A stretch of 64,000 nucleotides of DNA from the human T2T-CHM13v2.0 reference genome, Homo sapiens (GCF_009914755.1 NC_060925.1), one strand, 5' to 3'. Shown: positions 31,444 through 49,010, counted from the stretch's first letter. Notes: generated by a model not told the origin, from the sequence alone. Numbers and translations: made by a program.

Positions 31444-31544
31444 AGATCCATGAATGAAGAGTTAACATCCTGCCCAGAAAAGGCTGTGGGCCTTACTGCT
31501 GTGCATTCTATGACTATCTTTGCCAGAAGGTCCTTGGTACTTAC

Positions 31545-31609
31545 AGCCTCATAGTCTGCGAGCTCCAGTCGTGCCTTGTTTTGCATTGTTCTCTTGCAGA
31601 GGTAAACGG
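31545..31609 (-). CDS. RGS7: RGS7 internal coding exon (65 nt, probably exon 7), (A)[21 protein letters not shown]
   Basis: Minus strand reads ttttttttcag|CCGTTTAC...GAGGCT|gtaagt. The peptide matches the RGS7 sequence I recall and splices in frame to the next exon. Confidence 0.96.
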
Positions 31610-31833
31610 CTGAAAAAAAAATCAATCATTTCTTGCCTGCTTATCAACACCATGGCACTATAAGTAAAAGTACAACATTACAAATCAAGGGCATTGCACT
31701 TTTTTCCCAAGTTGTAATTTTTGATCATTTTCTTAGACAAAAAATAATTATGTAATAACATTATTACTGAAATTCAAGCATCATAGTATTTATGATACCC
31801 TAATAAAATAAATATGCTAAGAAACTTGGTAAC

Positions 31834-32123
31834 TTTTTTTTTTCAGAGATGGTCTTACTCTGTCACCCTGGCTGAAGCAAGTGTAGTGGTAAGATCCTTG
31901 TTCACTGCAGCCACACACTCCTAGGCTCAATTGATCCTTTCGCCTCAGCCTCCCGAGTAGCTGGGACTATAGGCGTGAGCCACCAAGCCTAGCTAATTTT
32001 ATCGTTATTATTATTATTTGTAGAGCAGCTTCTCGCTTTGTTGCCCAGGCTGGTCTTGAACTCCTGGGCTCAAGTGATCCTTCCACCTCGGCCTCTCAAA
32101 GTGCTGAGATTATAGGCATGAGA
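31834..32123 (-). mobile_element. AluJ
   Basis: Diverged reverse Alu (actcctgggctcaagtgatcc). Confidence 0.9.
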
Positions 32124-33799
32124 CATAATCATTTAAAAATTTTTATTAAATGGTCATCACAGTTTTTAGCATCTTCAACAAATAAGAGGAGAAAACAAAA
32201 CCTCCTAAAAGGGTCACCAAATGAACTTAAAAATCTATATATCCAAATAAAATCATTTTGTGAAAAGGAAATTATGAATTAGTGGCACATTCAACGATGT
32301 CCAGATTCTACTGTCAACTGAAACAATCTGTTCATGTACACTGAAGACTTCTTGCATCTTCTTGGCTTCATTTCACAAGAGCCAATCTTCCATCGTTTTG
32401 TCACTAGGAGAAGGGTATCACATCTTACCTACCTTCCACAGTATTTCCATTTTCCTGAGGAGTCGATGGCCTGGGCTACCATGGAAAGTCCATCTGGGCA
32501 GCAGATTTATAGGAGAAGGTGGTGACAGCAGTGTTGCAATTGAGCAAATTTCTTCAATTATTTCAGGGTATTCCAGTGACTCTCATGACAAACTCAAGGC
32601 ATTCACAGCCCTCTGGTAGAGTCCCAATTGCCAGAACATTTTTGTCATTGTTTTTCACTAAATATGCATGATATTTGAGTCTCATGAAACTCAAGATACA
32701 TTGTATCTGTTCTAGATGCTGAGTAAATGCATTGGATGAGGACTGTCAAATATTACTTATTGTAAGTCTACCTCTGTGAGTTTGCCTTGGAAATATCACC
32801 TTTGCACTACACTTACCACCCCAAGTTTTGGATAACGACGTCCAGCTGGTATCACTAAGGAAACACACTACACAGAAAATTTAAGACCGGTGCAAACAGG
32901 AATACTATTTACTCAATTTCTGTAAGGTTTCCTGTATGAAAGTCAAGACGAAGGAGAGAGCCAACCACAGAATGATGCTGACATTCCTACAAATGCTAAG
33001 AACCCAGTATATAGTATTAGAACACATCTTTGTACAATCTACCATAATAATTTTATTGTTCTACTAATATTAGTAATTTTTAAAAGTCAGACTTCATAAA
33101 CAAAAGTGACATGATGTGTTCATTTCCTAATTCATCATAACTGATGCTCACTCCCGAAGGATCTCTTACTATAGACGCCACTGTGACTTGAATAAAATAT
33201 CTAAAATGTTCTAAGCAGTTGTAAAAGAAATTGAAGCGTAAGTGAAATACCCCTGAGGGTGTCTCTTCATGAGAGAAAGATCAAATTTTCTTAAATATCT
33301 AATTGAATAATTTCAGCTTTCCTGTGGAATTACCTCTGATGAAATTTCAAGCCCCAGCTATGCCCTCCATCAGTCACACCTCCTGTGTCCTCCTGCATCA
33401 GCTTCTCCTTGCTTTATTGGTTTTGCCCATCTAATCTTTATTATTTGCAAAATCAGCTCCCTTTGGGGAAATGTTTCTCACCATTAGGTACCCTAATGCC
33501 TTAAAGCAAGAGTGGGATGATTTTATTTTTTACATGACTGCTCACAAAGACATTATGTATCTTGTAATACAGGTGTCCTATGATGTGATTTTTCTTTAAT
33601 TCTCTAGGGAAAAAAATGAAGGTGCGGGCAGACAGTGCCAGGCATAAAATATTGGTATCACAAATATTTGTTGAATGAGTGAATTAACAAATGAATGAAT
33701 AGGATATCTTCAGAAGGAGCTATTTCGAGGTCAAATCAACTTAAGTGATAAAATCTCCCTAAATGTCTACTTGATTCTTTGGTATAAAGAAAGACAGGA

Positions 33800-33972
33800 A
33801 GCAGGGCATGGTGGCTTATTTCTGTGGTCTTAGCTACACTTGGGAGGCTGAGGAAGGAGGATCATTTGAGACTAGTAGTTTGAGGCTGCAGTGAGCTATG
33901 ATTGCACCACTGCACTCCAGACTGGGCAACAGAGCAAGACTCTGTCTCTTAAAAAAATAAAATAAAATAAGA
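33800..33972 (+). mobile_element. Free right Alu monomer (FRAM-like)
   Basis: Single monomer with tttgaggctgcagtgagctatgattgc and an A-rich tail. Confidence 0.8.
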
Positions 33973-34286
33973 AAGAAAGAGGCAAAAGGTACAAGTCTGA
34001 GTTAGCAGTGTACAGAATAATCTGGTAACTGTTGAAGATACAGCAAATATGCTCTTGACCGGATAGGCCCAGACCTCATCAGTCTAGTCCAGACACAGTT
34101 GCTGTATGATGACAGGTACAGATAATACTTTTTATTCTTTATTAGCAGAGAGTATCAGCATTGGTCAAGATGTGGATGAGGCAGAAGGTCCAAGTAGATC
34201 AAAGATGATTCCAATTCAGGAAATTTCCCAATTCATTGAAGACTGACAAAATGAATGCACTCATGCATAGTCAAAACTACAGCTCA

Positions 34287-34609
<323 letters not shown>

Positions 34610-35488
34610 CTAAGGCAAGGTGCTTTTGTGCCAATCCTAATTATTTTGGCACTGAACATGCTCTATATGGTGCTAGGTATAGACCTAGGCCCAGACCCAA
34701 AAGAGTGAATCTTTTATAACATAACCCCGAATATTTCCTGCTGTGATGAAATATTGAAAATATCAACTAATGATGCCATTTTTGGGGTTCTATTTAAAAT
34801 ATTTTCTATTATTAAAGATGTAATTTCAATACCAAGTTTAAATATATCTCCCTGCAGTAGTTTTCTGGGAGATCATCAGGAGACAATTTGGAAGACTTGG
34901 GAGGTCAAACAAGTAATTTAACAGGAGGCTATGCCACTAAGTGGGAGAAAGTTTGGGCAGGCCTGAAGTGCTACTCTGGCTAAGAAAGCTCCATAGATAA
35001 GGCATAGATTTTGGCCCAAATGCAACTTAGAACTTAGATGGAAAAGTCAAAGTTTCTGGATCCCATCTTTGAGTAGAAACAGAATAGAAAGTGAGTGCTG
35101 ACGTCAGGTCTTCCCCTTTAATTTATAAAGCTCTAGAGAAGCTGGAGTGGTCTCTCAGACAACACTGATGCCCATGACAAAGGTATGAAAGCACATCACA
35201 CAGGTCAGCGAGAAAATCACTAAGACCCCAGTATCAAAATGTGGAAAGAGTAGGAATATATCATTCACCAAGACTAGAACTACAAAAGTCCAATAAATAT
35301 TTTAAAATTACCCAGCTTACAACCCAGGTAATGCAAATTAACTTACATTGTCATGCTATTCTTTTTTTTTTCTCTTTTAATGTTTAGTTTGTGGCTAATT
35401 CTTCTCTTGTTCCTGAATTTTAAACAGTCAGGCAGTTTGTACAATCTTCCTTCTCATGCTTGAGTAATTCAAAGAGTCCCAAGTTATT

Positions 35489-35728
35489 TGAGAGATGATT
35501 GGGTCATGAGGATGGAACCTTCCTTAATGAGATTAGTGCTTTTATTAATAGACTCGAAGGAGGTGGTTCACCCTTCTACCATGTGGGGACACAGCAAGAC
35601 AGTGCCGACTATGAACCAGAAAGTGGGCCCTCCCCAGACATCAAATCAGTTGGCACTTTAATCCTGGACTTCTCAACCTCCAGCATTGTGAGAAATAAAC
35701 GTTTGCTGTTTATAAACAAAACAAAACA
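35489..35728 (+). mobile_element. Partial MLT1A-like LTR with A-rich tail and long TSD
   Basis: MLT1A motifs to AATAAA (35694-35699), then (CAAAA)n. Direct repeats at 35471-35488 and 35729-35746. Confidence 0.8.
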
Positions 35729-36074
35729 AAAGGGTACCAAGTTATTAATGAGAATGTTCATCTCAAGTAATGATCAAATAATCATGCAAATTGTGGGTGA
35801 GAAGAAGTGTGAGTGGCTTCTTTCTCCCCTCCCCAACTCCCTTTTGTGACTCTCACCAAGAACCATGAACTGAGGCCTCTGATCCTCCTGGGGCTGGAGT
35901 GTAGGAGAGGAAAGGGGAAGACTGACATTTTTATTACATTTTTCATTGGAATAGAACTTTATTATATTTGATGGAGATTTTGAATTTTATTGCTGAGATA
36001 AAAAATTAAATCTGGTATGTAACAAAAATAAATATGTGCTTCACAGGAGCTTTCCTTTATTATTTTAACATTAA

Positions 36075-37385
<1,311 letters not shown>

Positions 37386-38169
37386 CTTCATTGATACCAC
37401 CAGGGTGATCTAGCTTGCCACTCTCTAGACTTGGCAAAAGTTTAAAGCTCCTTATGATTTTTACGGTACCTTTAGCCTCTCTCTATGATGCTGTTTGCCC
37501 CTCCAGTCTGCCATGTAGGACAGGACTGTCTCACACAGGGTTTAGATGATGCCTAAGAGAAACATTCACACATTTTATTTTTTGCCTTAATAGAAGGCTG
37601 CAGAACAGAGCCACCTCCCTTTCAACTCTTCCACCCATAGCTAGACAGCCTGCCTCTTGCCCTTCAGAATCCCATGGCCTACAAGTCTGTGGCCTATTGT
37701 GTTCCCAGGGGCGCGTGACTCTCATCTAGCACTCTCAGCAGCCCCTTGAAGTCTCTTATCAGGAGTGAGATAAGGCGCGGTCACCCCTGGCTCCATCCAC
37801 TCAGGGCTGGTGGAAGCAATGGCTCCCAACATCCTATGGATTCCAGACTCGGTCTTCAAGACAATGCCTTGCCCTTAGACCCTTGATGTGAGCAGAAAGC
37901 AATTACTGGGATCATGCATATGTTAGTGGAACACAGCCCCTTTACACCTGATCTTGACCCCCTTAACACTTTGGCTGGGTTTCCATGTTAACATCCTGTT
38001 ACAGAAACCATTTTCCACTCAGCAAAACAGCAGAGAGTTTAAAGGGGAATAATCCATTCTGGCAAAAGAAGAGTGAAAGAGAGCTGCTGGTGGGCAAATA
38101 AACAGGGGAAAGTCTCCTTGGAAAGGACGTGAGAGTGAGTAATAAAGCCTTAAAACATTCATGGCCATA

Positions 38170-38542
<373 letters not shown>

Positions 38543-38719
38543 CTAAGAATACACTATATTAAATATGGAAACACAAAGGAAATTGCAAGAAAATCATGAA
38601 TATCTGTTCAACAAGATACTAGATCATCATTCAAAATGATGTGTACAAATTGTTCTACCTAAAAAGCTGAAATAACTTGATTTGTAAAACCCTTAATTCC
38701 TCCTCATTGTAAAAGTCCA

Positions 38720-38850
38720 GAAAAATATATAAAGTAAAAAATATACAGTAAATATATATGTCTAAAGTATTTATATATTTATATATGTAAAGTATTTATA
38801 TAAATATATAAAGTAAAATATATACAGAAAAAATATATAAAGTAAAAAAT
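38720..38850. repeat. AT-rich low-complexity repeat
   Basis: Recurrent aatatataaagtaaaa and taaagtatttatata units. Confidence 0.8.
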
Positions 38851-39364
38851 CATTATAATACCATTTCTGTCATTATTTGGTATATAGTTTGATTTTCTTT
38901 TATATATACATCTGCTAATACACATATGAATATCTGTTTATATACAAAATCTATATGCATATATTTATTTTAAGTGTGCTCAAAACTGTACCACACATGC
39001 TGTATTATAAACTTTCTTCTTTAATAGTCTGTTGTGGCTAACTTTTCATATCAATAAGTGCTGGTCTATAATATTTTTTAAAAAATTATTTCATGGTAAT
39101 CCAGTGCTGAGATGTAATGTAATTTATTTTAATGAGTTCTTATTATTGGACATTTGGGTGATAGCTATTATTTTGCTATTATATGCTAACAGTTGTGTGA
39201 ACATACACGCATGTATATATATGTGTCTTTATGTATGCATCTTTATTTGTTTTTGAAATTGCCAGTTTCCTGAAAGGGTTATTGCTGAGTCAGGGCCCAT
39301 GCACCTTTCAAGACCTGTGATCTTTATAACCAAATTTCAGAAAGTTTAGACATGAGCATATATC

Positions 39365-39918
39365 AGATGCTTTTCAACTCTGGAGAGTCTATTTTCAGCA
39401 AAGCCATCAGAGTTATTCTGTTAAGACATAAGTCAGATAGTCAGTGTACTCAAAACCCTCCCTTTTATCTACTACTTCCCATCTCATCTCTCTCTAGGAA
39501 AAGCCACAGTCCTTACTGCCCCATTAAGTGACCCTCTGGATTTATCTCCCATTCACCTTCCACCCTGCCTGAGCCTCACACCAGATGTCCCCTATGTCTT
39601 CTCTCCTTTCCGTCTCTGGAGAGCCCTACCCCAGAGCTGAACTGAATTCTCTCCAGAATATCTTCCCCCTTCTCCACCAAGCCCCTTTCCCAGTTTTTCT
39701 CCACACAACTTTTCATGTCCTAATGTACAACTTATGCATTCATTTATGTAGTTAACTTCTTAGTTTTTCTCCCCCTATTCTTCTTCCCTCCACCGACCCA
39801 CCAGAATGTCACCTCCACCAGGACAGAGGTTTGCCTATTCTGTTCACCAATCAATCCGCATGGCTAGAAGAGTACCTGGCACATAGTAGATGCTCAAAAC
39901 ATAGTTGGGGAGTGAAAA
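39365..39918 (+). mobile_element. L2 3' fragment
   Basis: agaatgtcacctccaccaggacag...cctggcacatagtagatgctcaa. Confidence 0.7.
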
Positions 39919-41529
39919 CATTTGCCTAGTGTTCATTCGAGGTTTTGTGTTTTCTTTTCTTTCTTTTCTTTTTTCTTTCTTTTTTTTTTTTTTTTTGCTT
40001 TGATGAATTAACTAATTAACTATAATTTGCTGATTTTTCTATTGGGTATTTAACATTTTTAAATTAGACTTAAGGCCCATTAATACATTAGAGATAAAAA
40101 CTAATGTTAGGTATATATGAGGAAATATGTTTTTTCCCCAGGTTTTGGGGGAAAAGTTTACTAAACAATGCAGAAAATATTCAGCATACTTAAGAGAATA
40201 CTGATTTGGTGTATACACACACACACACAGAGGATCAACAGTACATGGTCTGCAATCTGCTTTTTTTCACTTAAAATAACATTACTGAGATTTACCCAGG
40301 CTGTTTTCAATAGATGTAGCTCATTTCCCTTAACTGCTGTAGTCTATCCTATGAATGTAGCTCACATTGATTAGTCATATCCCTATTACTAAATACACAA
40401 GTTTTTTTTCTTTTTATTTTTTCCTTTTTCTATTACAAAGAACAATCCAGTGAAAGTTTCTCTAAGCATATATTCCTAGAAATGGTATCAAAGGGTTGTG
40501 GCGATAGGCACAGTTTGAATTTTATGACACTGCCAAAATTGTCCCATAATACTTGTCCAGTAATGTACAAATATTCCTACCTTCATTCCAGACTTGAATT
40601 TTTGCCAATCCGGCTTGAGAGAGGTGCATTAAAGTCTAACCCTTTCAGTAGATTTCTGTGTCTGTTTTCTTGTATCTCCAACAGTTTTCATATCACAGAT
40701 TTTAATTTCAAAAATGTCTACGAATCGATTGTCCCCTTCACTAATGTGGCTCAATTTAATACTTTTTACCTTGGATTATTTTTTACTTGACCAATATTGC
40801 AAGTTCAAATTTTATTTTCTACATGTATTTGCCTGGTATATCTTTGCCTCACCATTTATTTTAAACGAGTCAGTGTGTCTTACTTCTCTTTCCTCTGGAA
40901 AGATATTTGTAGATTTTATTTAGGATCTAATCTAAAGATACTTGTTCTTTTTACAGATGAATTTAAAAATCCCCATTCATTTTTGAAAGCTGTTTGTATT
41001 CCTTTTCTCAAGTCTTCATCACTCTCCCTCTCTCTGATGGTATTTCTTTTGTTTTCTACCTTTTGTTAGATGGAGTGAGTTTTCTTTCATTCCTACGTTT
41101 ATAACTGGAAAGTGACAAAACTTGTTACCACTCCGTTAGTGGCCATGCTCATATCTTTGTACAAATGCTTAAATATGTATTTCTTGAATTTTAATCTCAG
41201 AAACTGAACACTGCTTATTATTGCTTCCCTCCATAAATGATGGAGAAATTAGCATATCTTCACTCCCTCCAGTCTTTCCAACTTTTTTAATTACTAGAAT
41301 TTATCATAAACTCTGTCATAGTTTTAAAAAATAATTATAGCATTCACATTCCATTCAGAAAATATTTTTATCACAATTATTTAGATTCTGCAGGGCATGC
41401 AGAGAAAGCTGGTGTCTTGGAAAATTAAGGCTGAAAATTTTGTCTTGGAACAGTGGTTTTTTTAAAAAGTCTATATTTGCTGAAATTATTTTATCAAATC
41501 TCAGATGCTCCAAAATTGGGCACTTCCTA

Positions 41530-41831
41530 TCTTATTTTATTATTCTATTTGAGACAGGGCCTCCCTCTGTCACCCAGACTGGAGTGCAGTGGTACAACCA
41601 TTGTTCACCATAGCCTTGACCTCCTGGGATTAAGTAATCCTCCTGCCTCAGCCTCCTGAATAGCTGAGACTCACAGGCACATGCCACCATGCCTGGCTAA
41701 TTTTAAATTTTTTGTAGAGATGGGGTCTCCCCATATTGCCCAGGTTGATCTTGAAGTCCCGGGCTCCAGCAGTTCTCCCGCTCTGGCCTCCCACAGTGCT
41801 GGGATTCAGGCGTGGGCCATCGCTCCTGGCC
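41530..41831 (-). mobile_element. AluJ
   Basis: Diverged reverse Alu. Confidence 0.88.
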
Positions 41832-42640
41832 CTGTGTTAAGTTACTCTTATTTCTGGTCTTTGGAGTTTGCTTGCTCATTTATAAGTGAGGCTGCTACAC
41901 TGGTGAAGTTCAAATAGAGACTAATGCTATTAATCTTGGGTTTCCCATCACGGCTGTTGACCAGCCACTGCAGCAATCCTTCAAGGCCACTGCATTGCTC
42001 TCCTCCCAGTGTCTCCCCTCTACCCTCGAGCTTGCTCCCCAGTGTCTGAGAGAGCCTGTGCTGCTCTATAAACTGAGGTCACGGACAAAGCTTTCTCCTC
42101 TGGTGCCACGCTCATGCCTAAGAAACCTTGCTCCAAGATGGGGAAAGCCTTTCTGCCCTCCCAGGACCCACTTATTTCCAGCCCTCATGCATCAATATGG
42201 GGAATTCCTACTGGGGTTGGTCAGAATTCCATCCAATGCTAATTTCTCGAGAAAGTCTGACACCACCATGTCCCTTCCATTTGGCTAAATTTTATTGATT
42301 CCAGAAAAATGTTAATTTTTCAAATGAGTAGTGTGTGGTACCATTCTAATTTCCACTCTGTGCTAATAATTCCTTTTCCTCTGGTTTTGCTTTCTTTTTA
42401 TTCTTTGCAGGAAGAGGGAGGGAAAAATTTTGGTAAACTTCTGGAAAGTATGGTGTATTAGCCAATTGTTACTTGTAACATCAACCCCAAGACTCAAATA
42501 TATTTTGTAATTATATTTATGCTGAATACACATATATTTAGAACCACAGTGATTTTTGGATTTAAAAAAACACATACTGCAATTATTCTTATTTTCATGC
42601 TAAAGAAAAAGATAATTATGTTCTTTAAAAACAGCATTTT

Positions 42641-43001
42641 CATGGAATATGATGCAGCCATAAAAAAGGATGAGTTCATGTCCTTTGTAGGGACATGGAT
42701 GAAGCTGGAAATCATCATTCTGAGCAAACTATCGCAAGGTCAGAAAACCAAACACAGCATGTTCTCACTCATAGGTGGGAATTGAACAATGAGAACACTT
42801 GGACACAGGGAGGGGAACATCACACACGGGGGGCCTGTCGTGGGGTGGGGGGCTAGGGGAGGGATAGTATTAGGAGAAATACCTAATGTAAATGACGAGT
42901 TAATGGGTGCAGCAAACCAACATGGCACATGTATACATATGAAACAAACCTGCACGTTGTGCACATGTACCCTAGAACTTAAAGTATAATAATAAAAAAA
43001 A
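42641..43001 (+). mobile_element. 5'-truncated L1PA 3' end
   Basis: ORF2 terminus (MFSLIGGN*), G-rich 3' UTR and A tail. Confidence 0.93.
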
Positions 43002-43368
43002 GCAGGGTTTTCAAAATAATTCTTCAAATAAAGGTATTTTAAATTTACTGTTAGTAGAGTACTTTAAAATCTAGCATTAATTTAAAGATTTAGACATTAG
43101 CAATGCACTTATAAGAATGAAAAGTTAAAGAATAATTTGGAGAATTTTATTTTTAAAATTTATGACTCAACAGCAACTGAAACATTTATTAAGTGCAAGG
43201 GAAATTGAATCTTAATAAAAACAACTAGCAATAATATTATAAAATTTGTTTTTAATTATTTAATTTTCTGATACATAGTAATAAAGACTGTGTTGTCATA
43301 AAGTAAGAGTAAGAGTTAACTACTATATGGGATCATATACCTTGATAAAAGAAGATTTACTAGGATAA

Positions 43369-43746
<378 letters not shown>

Positions 43747-44406
43747 TAAGGAGAAAGAATTCCTTTAGGACAGTTCTGGAATAATGGCCAGGAACTATTA
43801 ATATGAAAAGAATTAGACCTGTGAATTTCTGTTTCTCCCAAAGGAAAGGGAAATGTCATTGAACGATTCTACCATGAGCCTACTTACAATTCTGCTCTAT
43901 CATAAGGCGGTTACATGTATTATCCAGAGCCTTAAATTAACAATCCAAGGAAGAAGCTACTGTCCTGTTTATTTAATTGATGGTAATGATGAAACCCAGA
44001 GAGCTCAAGTCCTCTCTCGGGGCCACATAGTATGTCGGCAAGTCGGGGGTTCTTGGGTCTCAGTGATCACAAAACAGATACGACACACAAAACGTGAAGG
44101 CAGTGGCAATGAAGGAGACAATTCCACTCTGGCTCTCAGTGCTGAAAAGGGAGAAATATGCTTCTGTTCTTTGAAGTGTCCATTTTTCTTGGGGTCCATT
44201 TTTTTTCATTTCTGAGAATATGGCTTCTCCTTTAAGAACTGTTATTGTCATTCTAAAGGTTTACTGATTGAATTCAGCTCCCTCTGCATTCATCCCTAAA
44301 CTACATTACAGATTGTATGTTACCCTTACTCTCACTGCGGAAATTGCTGATGAAACAAAATAGAGCCATTTAATTTACCCTTTCGTTTTAAATATAACAA
44401 TGTCAC

Positions 44407-44851
44407 CGGTGTCTGATGTTCCCCTTCCTGTGTCCATGTGCTCTCATTGTTCAATTCCCACCTATGAGTGAGAACATGCGGTGTTTGGTTTTTTGTCCTT
44501 GCAACAGTTTGCTGAGAATGATGGTTTCCAGTTTCATCCATGTCCCTACAAAGGACATGAACTCATCATTTTTTATGGCTGCATAGTATTCCATGGTGTG
44601 TATGTGCCACATTTTCTTAATCCAGTCTATCGTTGTTGGACATTTGGGTTGGTTCCAAGTCTTTGCTGTTGTGGGGTGGGGGGATGGGGGAGGGATAGCA
44701 TTAGGAGATAAACCTACTGCTAAATGACGAGTTAATGGGTGCAGCACACCAACATGGCACATGTATACATATGTAACAAACCTGTACGTTGTGCACATGT
44801 ACCCTAAAACTTAAAGTATAATAATAATAAAAATTTTTTAAAAAAACAAAA
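44407..44851 (+). mobile_element. Short young L1PA insertion with 5' inversion
   Basis: 44407-44667 is antisense L1 and ~44666-44851 is the sense 3' UTR and tail. TSD aacaatgtcac at 44396-44406 and 44852-44862. Confidence 0.93.
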
Positions 44852-44989
44852 AACAATGTCACTATAACAAATCTGAAAGGTGTGGCTGCTTTTCTCACGT
44901 TCATGCGTTTTGGCAACTTGTAGTTCCTTAAGGTGTGACGGATACTCTCTTCTTCCCAAATGTACTTTCTTCATCTCCTTTAAACCTCA

Positions 44990-45946
<957 letters not shown>

Positions 45947-45994
45947 GTTTGTGTCTTATTCCCTCTGCTGGAGAACACTGATGAATGTTTTTGT

Positions 45995-47403
45995 ATACTG
46001 CAGGGCTACAGTAACCAAAACAGCATGGTATTGGTACAAAAACAGGCACATAGAGCAATGGAACAGAATAGAGAGCCCAGAAATGAGGGAACATTCCTGC
46101 AACCATCTGATCTTCCACAAAGCTGACAAAAACAAGCAATGGGGAAAAGATTCCCTATTCAATAAATGGTGCGGGATAACTGGCTAGCCATATGCAGAAG
46201 ATTGAAGCTAGATCCCTTCTTTACACCATATACAAAATTCAACTTAAGATGGATTAAATACTTAAATGTCAAACCCAAAACTATAAACTCTGGAAGATGA
46301 CCTAGGCAATACCATCCTGGACACAGGAACGGGCAAAGATTTTATGACAAAGACACCAAAAGCAACTGCAACAAAAGCGAAAATTGACAAATAGTATCTA
46401 ATTAAACTTAAGAGCTTCTGCACAGCAGAAGAAATTACCAACAGAGTAAAGAGACAACCTATAGAATAGGAGAAAATATTTGCAAACTATGCATCTGACA
46501 AAGGTCTACTATCCAGCATCTATAAGGAACTTAAATTTACAAGAGCAAAACAAACAACTGCATTAAAAGTGGGCAAAGGACATGAACAGACACTTTTCCA
46601 AACAAGACATGTATGTGGCCAACAATCACATGATAAAAAGGTTCAATGTCACTGATCATTAGAGAAATGCAAATCAAAACCACAATGACATACCATCTCA
46701 CACCATTCAGAATGGCTATTACTAAAAAGTCAAAAAACAACAGATGCTGGCGAGGTTGCAGAGAAAAGAGAACACTTGCACACTCTTGGTGGGAGTGTAA
46801 ATTGTTCAACCATTGTGGAAAGCAGTATGGCAACTTCTCAAAGAGCTAAAAACAGAACTACCATTGGACCCAGCAATCCCATTACTGGGACTATACTGAG
46901 AGGAACAGAAGTCATTCTCCCATAAAGACACATGCGAATGTTCACTGTAGCACTATTCACAATAGCAAAGACATGGAATCAGCCTAAATACACATCAAGG
47001 ACAGATTGGATAAAGAAAATGTGGTGCGGCTACATCATGGGATACGATGCAGCCATGAGAAAGAATGAGATCATGTCTTTTGAGGGAACATGGATGGAGC
47101 TGGAGGCCATTATCCTTAGTAAACTCATGCAGGAACAGAAAACCAAATGCCACATGTTCTCACTTATAAGTGGGAGCTAAATGATGAGAACTCATGGACA
47201 CGAAGAGGGGAGCAACAGACACTGGGATCTACTTGAGAGTGGAGGGTGGGAGGAGGAAGAGGAGCAGAAAAACATTAAGTATTGGGTACCAGGCTTAATA
47301 CCTGGGTAATGAAATAATCTGTACACCAAACCCCTGTGACACGAGTTTATCTGTATAACAAACCTGCGCACATACTCCCAAACCTAAGATAAAAGTTTTA
47401 AAA
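45995..47403 (+). mobile_element. 5'-truncated older primate L1 (L1PA15/16-like)
   Basis: ORF2 C-terminal peptides ([12 protein letters not shown]; MFSLISGS*) and a 3' UTR ending acctaagataaaagtt. Confidence 0.9.
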
Positions 47404-48369
47404 CAGGACGTTTTCTGTAACAATAACACATACAAAACTCTCATATTCTATAACTCCTAACTTCATTCTTTCATAGGTAACATTATTTGCTCTTTTGCTT
47501 ATCGTATTATTTTTAAACCAATGCAATACCTATTTTAAAAAATGTAATAGAGTAAGAAATACCATACTTTAACTGTTATGATAATTATAATTCTGAGCCA
47601 CTGTTCCAAGCAAAATGGTTAAAATATTTCCATGTAAATGTTCATGTAATACTTTCATGTAAATCTCCCATAATACTAGGTCAAGGGTTCTTAATTTCTC
47701 TGTCTCTTATTTAAACATATCAACCAAAGTGACAGGTTCTGAGAGTTTGCACCTTTTTAAAGTACCACAATAATCCATCCAGTGGAACATGACACCCAAT
47801 GGATAAGCCCAGAGGAGCCGTGTGACTTTCAAAGGAAAGTTCTGTCATTCAAATCTGTGCTCATTGAATCTGGACTAAAAGAATCATGGTTGAATTATTC
47901 GTTGAATATTTTGGTAAATGAGACACTAAAATAACTGTATCCAACCCTGTGGCATCTTGCTTAATAAAATAACTGTCTATAAAAATGTAAACCCCAAATG
48001 ATCTTCAAACACATATTTCATTGAATATCTGAACCTGTTTCCACTTGATTCCTTCCCATTCCCACTCCTCACTGCTCTCTCCCTTTCTCTTTCTTTTTCT
48101 TCTTTCTCAAATAAAAAGAGAGAGACATAAGCAGAGTGTTAAAAATAAAGGATGATCTAACCAATACGAGACCGAGAGTCCCAAACTGCTGCTAAATTAC
48201 TCAGGACATTAGAGTCAGACTATGCCTAGAATAGAAAAAGGGCAATTTTCAATCTTTTTCTCCCCAAAAGGCCCAGCAACATAGGGAAGAAAATAGTGAT
48301 CATTTGCTTAATTGTCTGATCCTCTGATCACTAATATGGAAAGACACATTCACAGATATTCTAGAACAT

Positions 48370-48595
48370 GCCATGTGGTGTAGTAGAAGGAACAATGGCC
48401 CATGAGCTTGAAGACCTTGGGTTCTGGCCTTCCTGTTAACTGTGATATTGGATGAGTCTCTAGACCATCCTGATTTGCTCACCTGTGTAATGAGAATAAA
48501 GATAGTTGGTGTGTCTATTCCATAGGACTGAGGTAAGAATTCTTGGAGATGATGTGTTGGAGAGTTCTGTGTTAACTACAGACGGAAAGTAATGT
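48370..48595 (+). mobile_element. MIR
   Basis: gaccttgggttctggccttcc...tttgctcacctgtgtaatgagaataa. Confidence 0.6.
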
Positions 48596-48677
48596 ATGGA
48601 ATTACTAGATATATTGTACTTTCAGGTCACTGCATAAGTTTCTACTCAAAAGAAAATTATAGCAAGTTCTTTTATAA

Positions 48678-49010
<333 letters not shown>

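Noticed and set aside
39944-39996. Orphan T-rich tract as a poly(A) retro-insertion or transcript end
   Set aside because: No clear TSD or attached element; more likely low complexity and an internal-priming site.
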